Assembly (NCBI GenBank): GCA_021777685.1
Contig: JAJYDH010000001.1
Span: 1-43,085 of the forward strand
Length of the DNA: 43,085 nucleotides
Source: Planctomycetota bacterium
Lineage (GTDB): Bacteria; Planctomycetota; Planctomycetia; Isosphaerales; Isosphaeraceae
Reading direction: 5' to 3'
Below are positions 37,231-43,085 of this stretch, one piece after another (positions within the stretch are counted from its first letter, which is position 1; the number at the start of each line of letters is the position of its first letter). The notes below the pieces were generated by a model, which worked only from the letters and a program-made list of their open reading frames with translations, made no database searches and had not been told where the DNA came from. The translations under genes and the position numbers were made by a program.

Positions 37231-38313
37231 TCAATGGCGGATCAGTGCGAGCAGGATTTCGAGGGCGATCAGGACGACGACGATGACCTCCAGGACTTCC
37301 ATCCGGGTCCCCCCGGCCTGCTGGACCAGGAGGTCGTAGACGTCGCCGACGACTTCGAGCTTCCGGCGGATGCTCTGCTGCCACTCGCCGAGGTGGAACC
37401 GGGTCCGGGCGAGGTCGAAGACTCGCGATAAGTACTGGTCTCCGATCAACTTGAGGTTGTTGTCGGCGCGTTCGAAGAGGCTGGTCGCCTCGATCTCCAG
37501 CTCGCGGACGCTCCGGACGGTCGCCGAGTGGGTCCGCCAGAGGGTCGGGCGGCGGCCTCGTCCTCGCTCGGCGTGGATCAGCCGGTAAGCCGCCTCCAGG
37601 CGGTCGTCGAGCCGGTCGTCGATATGCCGGAACTCCAGGAGCTGGACGTTCGCGAACTCGATCACCTGAAGCGTATCCGCGCAATCGCGATCGGCCACGA
37701 ATCCCGCCGCCCAGTCGAGCATGACCAGGTCATCCGGCGTGTACGAGAACCCGAGCTTGGTCGCCTCGCGGACCTCCGCCGCGCTCAGAGGGCCCGATTC
37801 AAGCCGGATCAGGCCGGCGATCCAGTCGATGTTACTGGTGATCCATTCGGGTTTTACGTCGCCGATCTGGAAGACAATATACTCTTCGATCAGGTCGCTG
37901 ACCTCGAAGCCGTCGACCACGGGCTTGAGCCGCTCGATCCAGGGGTTGACGACCAGCCGGGCGGCGACGTTCAGCGGACCTGGCTCGGCCAGGTTCCCGG
38001 CCAGCTCTCGGAGTTCGTAGGGCGAGGCCCTGACCGGGAACTGGACCATGAGGGAGATCGCCGCGAAGTCGAAGACCGTCAACTCGGCCCGAGGCGGCCG
38101 GGTCGTCGCCAGGCCGCCGGGCAGGGCCATGCCCGATGCGTCGAGCGTCAGACGGAGCGGCGCGGGGCGATACTGGATCGACTCCGGGGTCCGGCGTCGA
38201 CGGGCCAGGAGGCCCGACTCGCCCGGCAGCATCGCCCGCGCGCGGTCGAGGTCGATCTCGTAGCCGATGTCGAAAGCGAAGGCCAGGTGGATGGTTGCGT
38301 CGAGTTGATCCAT
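37231..38313 (-). CDS. RMD1/DUF155-like family protein with C-terminal TM
   Basis: FDIG.EIDL, EFAN.QLLE.R..D..LD, DQYL.R…F.L..W and C-terminal E..VVVLIA.E segment. Confidence 0.7.
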   Translation of the reverse strand: MDQLDATIHLAFAFDIGYEIDLDRARAMLPGESGLLARRRRTPESIQYRPAPLRLTLDASGMALPGGLATTRPPRAELTVFDFAAISLMVQFPVRASPYELRELAGNLAEPGPLNVAARLVVNPWIERLKPVVDGFEVSDLIEEYIVFQIGDVKPEWITSNIDWIAGLIRLESGPLSAAEVREATKLGFSYTPDDLVMLDWAAGFVADRDCADTLQVIEFANVQLLEFRHIDDRLDDRLEAAYRLIHAERGRGRRPTLWRTHSATVRSVRELEIEATSLFERADNNLKLIGDQYLSRVFDLARTRFHLGEWQQSIRRKLEVVGDVYDLLVQQAGGTRMEVLEVIVVVLIALEILLALIRH

Positions 38314-38463
38314 GGAGAGGCAGGGACTCGCGGCCGGGCTCAGGCCCGATCCACGCCTCCTGGCGGATTGGCGAGAAACTGGTTGCTCATCGTGTCGGCC
38401 TCCAGGGTCGGTCGGTCGGTGTGCTCCCAGTATCGGCCGATCGGGTCGGGTCCGCAACCGCGA

Positions 38464-39393
38464 TCAGGTCGAGGACGACCGGGGATGGAACCTGGCGTGG
38501 ACCTCGCGGAGCCGGCTCAGCTCGACCCTCGTATAAATCTGCGTCGTGGCGATGGACGCATGCCCGAGCATCTCCTGAACGACCCGGAGGTCGGCCCCGC
38601 CCGCGAGGAGGTGGGTGGCGAAGCTGTGCCGGAGCGTGTGCGGGCTCACGTTTTCGGACAGGCCGGCCAGGGCCGCTTGAGTCTTCACGACCTTCCAGAG
38701 CCCGACCCGGCTCAGCGGACGACCCCGTTTCGTGACGAAGACCTGGGGCACGTCGACCCGACCGGCGAGGAGCCGGGGACGGTCGCGATCCAGGTACTCC
38801 GTCAGGGCCTCGCGGGCCCGGGAGCCGAGCGGAACGACCCGTTCCTTGTCCCCCTTGCCGATGCAACGGGCCGAACCGCGGTTCAGGTCAAGGTCCGCCG
38901 GGCGGAGCCCGACCACTTCCGAGGCCCGGCAGCCCGTCGCGTAGAGGGTCTCCAGCGCCGCGCGGTCGCGCCTGCCCATGGTCAGCTCCCGGTCCGGCGA
39001 CGAGAGGAGCCGATCCACGGCGGCGGGCCCGAGGACCGTCGGCAGGCGGTCCCAGACGGCCGGCGCGACCAGGAGCTTCGCCACGTTCTCCGAGATCCGG
39101 TTGTCGTAGACGAGGAATCGGTAGAAGGTCGACAGGGCGGCCAGGTTACGACCGACGCTGCTCGGCGAGAGGCCGAGTCGGTTGAGGTAATCGACGAAGC
39201 CCGTCAACGTGCCGATGTCCAGCCCGGCCAGAGGCCCCGGGGCATGCTCCTTCCGCCAGCGGCTGAACCGGACGATGTCCGATCGGTAAGCCGCGAGGGT
39301 ATTCGGGGAGAGCCCGCATTCGGCCATCAGGTAGTGCAAGAATGGCCCGATCGGGTCGCGATCGGGGTCGGGGCGGGCGGTGACGCGGGACAT
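38464..39393 (-). CDS. xerD: Site-specific tyrosine recombinase XerD
   Basis: LS.NT..AY..D, RDRA.LE.LYATGCRASE, GKGDKER.VP and SPHTLRHSFATHLL.GGADLR.VQEMLGHA.I.TTQIYT motifs. Confidence 0.92.
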   Translation of the reverse strand: MSRVTARPDPDRDPIGPFLHYLMAECGLSPNTLAAYRSDIVRFSRWRKEHAPGPLAGLDIGTLTGFVDYLNRLGLSPSSVGRNLAALSTFYRFLVYDNRISENVAKLLVAPAVWDRLPTVLGPAAVDRLLSSPDRELTMGRRDRAALETLYATGCRASEVVGLRPADLDLNRGSARCIGKGDKERVVPLGSRAREALTEYLDRDRPRLLAGRVDVPQVFVTKRGRPLSRVGLWKVVKTQAALAGLSENVSPHTLRHSFATHLLAGGADLRVVQEMLGHASIATTQIYTRVELSRLREVHARFHPRSSST

Positions 39394-39493
39394 GGCCGGA
39401 CTCTCTCGACGATCGACGGTGGGCCGGAAGGCCCGACCACTGTCTTCATCGTCGCCGGTCGAGCGTCCTCTCCATCCGTCCCCCGAAAAGCCA

Positions 39494-39517
39494 AAAGCCC
39501 CCGAGACCGGGGGCTTT
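39494..39517 (-). terminator. Rho-independent terminator after the sigma factor gene
   Basis: aaagcccccg-agac-cgggggcttt stem, followed on the minus strand by TTTTGGCTTTT. Confidence 0.75.
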
Positions 39518-39545
39518 GAAAACAGGTCGTTCGTCGGAGTGGGCT

Positions 39546-40517
39546 TCAGACGCTCGAAAGTATAGAATCGTCCCAGTCGTGCTGAACTGCGACGGCCCGG
39601 AGCTTTTCGAGGGCCCGGTCCTGGATCTGGCGGACCCGTTCCTTGGAGACTTCGAGGACCTTGCCGACCTGACTGAGCGACAGCCGGCTCTGGCCGCCGA
39701 GGCCGAACCGGAGGGCCAGGACCTGCTGCTCCCTCGGGCGGAGGACGTCCATCATCTTGCCAACGGTCTCGTCCATGTCGACGTCGCCGGTCCGGTCGCC
39801 TTCGGGGTCGCTCATCGTCTGCATCAGGTTGAAGTTGCTGTCGAAATCCAGGCTTGCGTCGAGCGAGATCGTGGGGCGGGTCGCCGTGTGGATCCGCCGG
39901 ATCATCTCGCTGCTGACGCCGGGGACGGCGTTCCCGGCCTCGTCTTCGCCGTCCTTCGGATCGACCCCGTCTTGATTCTGGGCGAGCTGGCGGAGGTGCC
40001 TGGGGCTGAGCCGGACCGGATAGGCCCCGGCGGCGACGGCCCTCTGCATCGACTGGCGAATCCACCAGGTGGCGTAGGTGGCCAGCTTGGTCTGGTGGTT
40101 CAGGTCGAACCGGTCGATCGCCTCCAGGAGTCCGCAAAATCCCTCCTGGAGCAGGTCCGAGTACGACACGCCGCGGTCGCGGAACCGTTTGGCCACGTGG
40201 GCGATCAGCCGCATGTTGGCCAGTGCCAGCTTGCCCCGAAGCTCGGAGTAGCGGCGGAAGATCGCGCCGAGGCGGGCCTCGGAGGGCCCGTGCCCGGCGT
40301 AGAAAGACGCGATGTGGTGGGCCAGGGCCTGGGGATCGTCGGCCCCTCGGGGCATCTCGTAGCCGGGGATGCGGGCCAGGGCTTCGGCGAGCTTGCTCTT
40401 GCAGTCGCCGAGTTCCTGGAGCAATTCGCGCTCCTGAAGCGAGCCGAGCACCTGCGTCTCGGCGTTGTCGAGCCTGGAGAATCCGTCCGCGTCGTCATTC
40501 CGCCGGGTCGTGCGCAT
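39546..40517 (-). CDS. Alternative sigma70-family (RpoD/RpoS-like) RNA polymerase sigma factor
   Basis: Region 2 ANMRLI..VAK.F..RG….DLLQEG..GL..AIDRFD…TYATWWIRQ; region 4 RE..VL.LRFGL…VSKERVRQIQ.RAL.KLR; GGAGGAGG RBS. Confidence 0.93.
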   Translation of the reverse strand: MRTTRRNDDADGFSRLDNAETQVLGSLQERELLQELGDCKSKLAEALARIPGYEMPRGADDPQALAHHIASFYAGHGPSEARLGAIFRRYSELRGKLALANMRLIAHVAKRFRDRGVSYSDLLQEGFCGLLEAIDRFDLNHQTKLATYATWWIRQSMQRAVAAGAYPVRLSPRHLRQLAQNQDGVDPKDGEDEAGNAVPGVSSEMIRRIHTATRPTISLDASLDFDSNFNLMQTMSDPEGDRTGDVDMDETVGKMMDVLRPREQQVLALRFGLGGQSRLSLSQVGKVLEVSKERVRQIQDRALEKLRAVAVQHDWDDSILSSV

Positions 40518-40556
40518 CGATCTTGCCTCCTCCGTTCGAGATCTGTTTTGCAGCAA

Positions 40557-41459
40557 TCACGGTTGATTTGATCGTTCGATGAGGCTGACCTCGGGCGACG
40601 GCGCGAGCCGCCGGGCGAACTCCGCCAGGTGGGCCATCCGGTCGCCGAAGCTGGCATAGACCAGCCTCGACCGGAGGTCGGGGTCGAGGGCGCGGCCTCC
40701 GAGGATGATCGCCGAGCCGACCTGGCTCGCCGCCTCGTAAAAGTACGCGTAATCGCCCAAGAAGCCCTCGCGGTCGGCCAGGTGGCTCGACGACAGGAAG
40801 ATCAGGCGGGGCCGGTGGTCGCGGGTCGCCTGCGCCAGCGAGCGGAGGGGCAGGTTCGGGCCGAGGTTCTTCACGTCCCAGCCGAGCTGCCGGAGGACCA
40901 GCTCGCCAAGCAAGACGGGAAGGATGTAAGGATCGCTCTCGGGCGCGGCTCCCAGGGCCAGCGGGCGAGAACCTTGCCGGGGCCTCGCGGCCTCGGCGAT
41001 CAGCCGGTGCAAAGCGGAGGTCACGACCTGGCTGGCCTGATGTTCCTCGTAGATGTCCCAGGCCCCGATCATCCAGCCGTGGCCGACCCGCTCCATCGTC
41101 GGTCGGATCAGTCGATCGGCCAGGGCCACGGCCCCCCCCTCGGATCGATAAGCGGCCTCGATCAGGCTCGTGGCCTCGGCGGACCGCCCCGCCTTCAGGT
41201 GGTCGAGGAGCGACTGGACGGTCAGGTCATCGATCGCCGGGAGCGGCGAGGTCGCCGAGAAGGCGAGAAGGTTCTCGACCGGATACTTCCCTTCACGGGC
41301 GAATTTCAGGGCGCTGGACAGGGCAACGAGCCGGTGCTTGCCCATCGTCCGCGTCGCTTCGAGGGCGCCCGAGTCGACCCAACGCTTGATCGTGCTGCCG
41401 CTGACGCCCAGGGCGTCGGCAACCTGCTGGGTCTTGAGGAAGGTCTCACGCACGGCCAT
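40557..41459 (-). CDS. MerR/excisionase-type HTH + cobalamin-binding-domain regulator (CarH/LitR-like architecture)
   Basis: HTH T.QVA.ALGVS.STIKRW.D.G.L…RT.G.HR; W-x9-EH helix bundle; Rossmann B12-like domain (GW.V..LG..LP). Confidence 0.85.
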   Translation of the reverse strand: MAVRETFLKTQQVADALGVSGSTIKRWVDSGALEATRTMGKHRLVALSSALKFAREGKYPVENLLAFSATSPLPAIDDLTVQSLLDHLKAGRSAEATSLIEAAYRSEGGAVALADRLIRPTMERVGHGWMIGAWDIYEEHQASQVVTSALHRLIAEAARPRQGSRPLALGAAPESDPYILPVLLGELVLRQLGWDVKNLGPNLPLRSLAQATRDHRPRLIFLSSSHLADREGFLGDYAYFYEAASQVGSAIILGGRALDPDLRSRLVYASFGDRMAHLAEFARRLAPSPEVSLIERSNQP

Positions 41460-41561
41460 GGACGATTTTCCGACAACGTCTTGGACGGTTTGGACGGTTT
41501 CATGGTAGGCGATCGACAGGCGCAAGGCAAGAGGCCCACAAAATCGTTCCAAAATCGTTCA
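41459..41561. promoter_or_regulatory. Array of related repeats upstream of the CarH-like gene (candidate operator)
   Basis: TTGGACGGT x2 (41481-98), TGGACGATTTT over the start codon (41459-69), CAAAATCGTTC x2 (41539-60). Confidence 0.6.
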
Positions 41562-41634
41562 TCACGTCGGACTATCGCGACGCAGCCGCCTACCTCGCCC
41601 CCAAGGGGCCGTAATGGCCGGATGAGAAGCGAGA

Positions 41635-42888
41635 TCAGGCGATGGGCAGGCCGCGACGATGATCCCGGGCCGATCGATCGAGGAGGGCGGCGAGTTCGAC
41701 GGCGTTGGGGATTTCCTTGAACCGGAGGACCGGGCCGGAGAGTTCTCCGAGGGCCGCCTCGTCCACCTTGAACCGGTCCGAGATCGCCAGGACGTAGCGA
41801 GCCGGGCCGTGCTCGGGCAGGAGCCTGAGCAGTCGTTCCAGGCTCGACTTCTTCCAGAAGCCGACGACCTCGACGAAGACGTCCACCCCGGTGGCCTTGT
41901 GGATGAACTTGTAGTCGGGCACCCAGACTCCTTCCCGGCCGAGCTCGAGGACGTCGGTCGCCTCCGAGACCTCCCACCCGGGCGCGACCTGGCGAAACCG
42001 CTCGACGAAGGCGTTCAGCTCGGCGGGGACGTAGGTGCCGGTGTCCGCGTAATGCGAGACAAGGCCGTCGTTGCCGTCGAGGTGGAACGTCCGGACCTCG
42101 CGCCTCGGCCCCCAGCGCAGCTCGGCATCGAGCCGGAAGTCGGGGCAGAGCAGGAGCGCGGGCAAGAAGTTGGCCATCTGGAGGCCGTACTTGTTCGTCG
42201 CGCTGAAGAGGCTGAGCGGGCCGTCGACGTGGAAGACGAACCCGTCGCGCATCGAACCGTCGACGCGGTAGAGGAGCCGGTGGAACTTCAGGTGCCGGAA
42301 CAGCTGGCGATAGCGGGCCGGCTTCTCGTTGCGGACTTCGGCCTCGACCAGCACGGAGCGGAGCAGGACCGACTGGGCCAGGGCGACGTTATAGCGGTCG
42401 ATGAGCCGCTGGGCGTCGAGCGTCTGGTCGAATGAGAGCAGACGGTTCTCGTCGCGGAGGTCGGCGAACATGGCGGCGGCGACCTGCTCGGGCGTCACCT
42501 TCAGCTCCTCGGCGACGGTGCCGAGGACGGCCTCGCGGCGGAACATGGCCTTCGCCTGGCCCGAGGCCCGGAGGGCCTTCCGGTGCTCGGCCGCCGCGGT
42601 GAAGACCTTCTCGCGGAGCTGGTCGGGCGGGACGTCGGCCACGACCTCGAACTCGCCTCGATCTTCGAGGATCTTGGCCAGGCCGCGATGGGCCAGCGTC
42701 GCCAGCCCCTCGCCGACCAGCTCGTCGATCTCGGTCTCGATCTCGCCTCGGGTCCGCCCCACCCCCTCGCGGAAGATGAGAAGGAGGCTCTCGGCCACTT
42801 CGAGCCACTGGGGATCGTCGCGCTTGAGGTAGAGCGGGATGATCCGCTGCTTCGAGGTCCGGACGCGGACGAGGGTGCCGGTGAGCAT
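41635..42888 (-). CDS. DUF790 family (Bax1-like) predicted PD-(D/E)xK nuclease
   Basis: RYN..LAQ..L, K…L.Y, DGP.SLF….KYG..MA.FLP and PDY.F……EVVGFW motifs. Confidence 0.88.
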   Translation of the reverse strand: MLTGTLVRVRTSKQRIIPLYLKRDDPQWLEVAESLLLIFREGVGRTRGEIETEIDELVGEGLATLAHRGLAKILEDRGEFEVVADVPPDQLREKVFTAAAEHRKALRASGQAKAMFRREAVLGTVAEELKVTPEQVAAAMFADLRDENRLLSFDQTLDAQRLIDRYNVALAQSVLLRSVLVEAEVRNEKPARYRQLFRHLKFHRLLYRVDGSMRDGFVFHVDGPLSLFSATNKYGLQMANFLPALLLCPDFRLDAELRWGPRREVRTFHLDGNDGLVSHYADTGTYVPAELNAFVERFRQVAPGWEVSEATDVLELGREGVWVPDYKFIHKATGVDVFVEVVGFWKKSSLERLLRLLPEHGPARYVLAISDRFKVDEAALGELSGPVLRFKEIPNAVELAALLDRSARDHRRGLPIA

Positions 42889-42919
42889 GGGAATTTCTCG
42901 ATCCGAGGAGGGGCCTCGA

Positions 42920-43084
42920 TCAGCGGATCAGCCGGGAAGTCATGAGCAGCAATATGGCGGAATGGGCGGTCCAGCTCGCCACCCGGATCGCGTTGGTCCG
43001 GACCAGCCAGCGATGGGCCTCGCCGTCAAACCCGGACGCCAGCCGGTCGTGAGCGGGGACCGAGCAGAGGAACGTGACGCCCCA
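42920..43084 (-). CDS. C-terminal part of a small membrane protein (DUF1772/anthrone-oxygenase-like); runs off the window end
   Basis: Manual translation WGVTFLCSVPAHDRLASGFDGEAHRWLVRTNAIRVASWTAHSAILLLMTSRLIR*. Confidence 0.6.
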   Translation of the reverse strand, partial: WGVTFLCSVPAHDRLASGFDGEAHRWLVRTNAIRVASWTAHSAILLLMTSRLIR

Positions 43085-43085
43085 G

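Noticed and set aside
38464-39393. Tyrosine recombinase as the integrase of a mobile element
   Set aside because: Sequence is typical chromosomal XerD; no att/tRNA site and no phage or conjugation genes.
222-42945. Many long alternative-frame or antisense ORFs (for example 7172-9181+, 16101-18566+, 15688-17868-, 37528-39519+, most of 34657-36930+ and 10919-11900+)
   Set aside because: Arg/Pro/Gly-rich shadow ORFs typical of high-GC DNA, overlapping genes with clear family motifs.

Overview
High-GC bacterial chromosomal window with about 36 credible CDS. It is almost certainly from a planctomycete, probably Isosphaeraceae-like. This is inferred from the DUF1501 + DUF1549/DUF1553 pair, an RRRPRLEPMEPR planctomycete extracellular motif and several Pro/Ala-rich secreted hypotheticals. 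Content from left to right: three secreted hypothetical proteins (one very Cys/Gly/His-rich); a nucleoside 2-deoxyribosyltransferase-like enzyme; a GT39-like glycosyltransferase; the DUF1549/1553-DUF1501 module; a VOC protein; a 40-aa lipoprotein; ribF; a DedA / LarA-like / HAD / CAAX-protease run; a CopA-type ATPase; an SDR and DUF3124; a TPR membrane protein; an unusually arranged RND locus; a methyltransferase; a degenerate MoeA; an orphan sugar ABC ATPase; an RMD1-like protein; xerD; an alternative RpoD-like sigma factor preceded by a CarH/LitR-like regulator; and a DUF790 nuclease. No rRNA, tRNA, CRISPR array or transposase was recognised. Best candidates for undescribed biology: (1) the CarH-like regulator + sigma factor pair, in which the cobalamin lower-ligand His is replaced by Tyr, with a repeat array upstream; (2) the RND locus, with permease and adaptor divergent from back-to-back sigma54-like promoters, two paralogous TolC genes and a dockerin protein; (3) the exported CxxCxGxG-repeat protein; (4) the MoeA lacking catalytic motifs; (5) a phased 4x GTTGGGTTC intergenic array. 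All family assignments come from motif recognition by eye, not from database searches.
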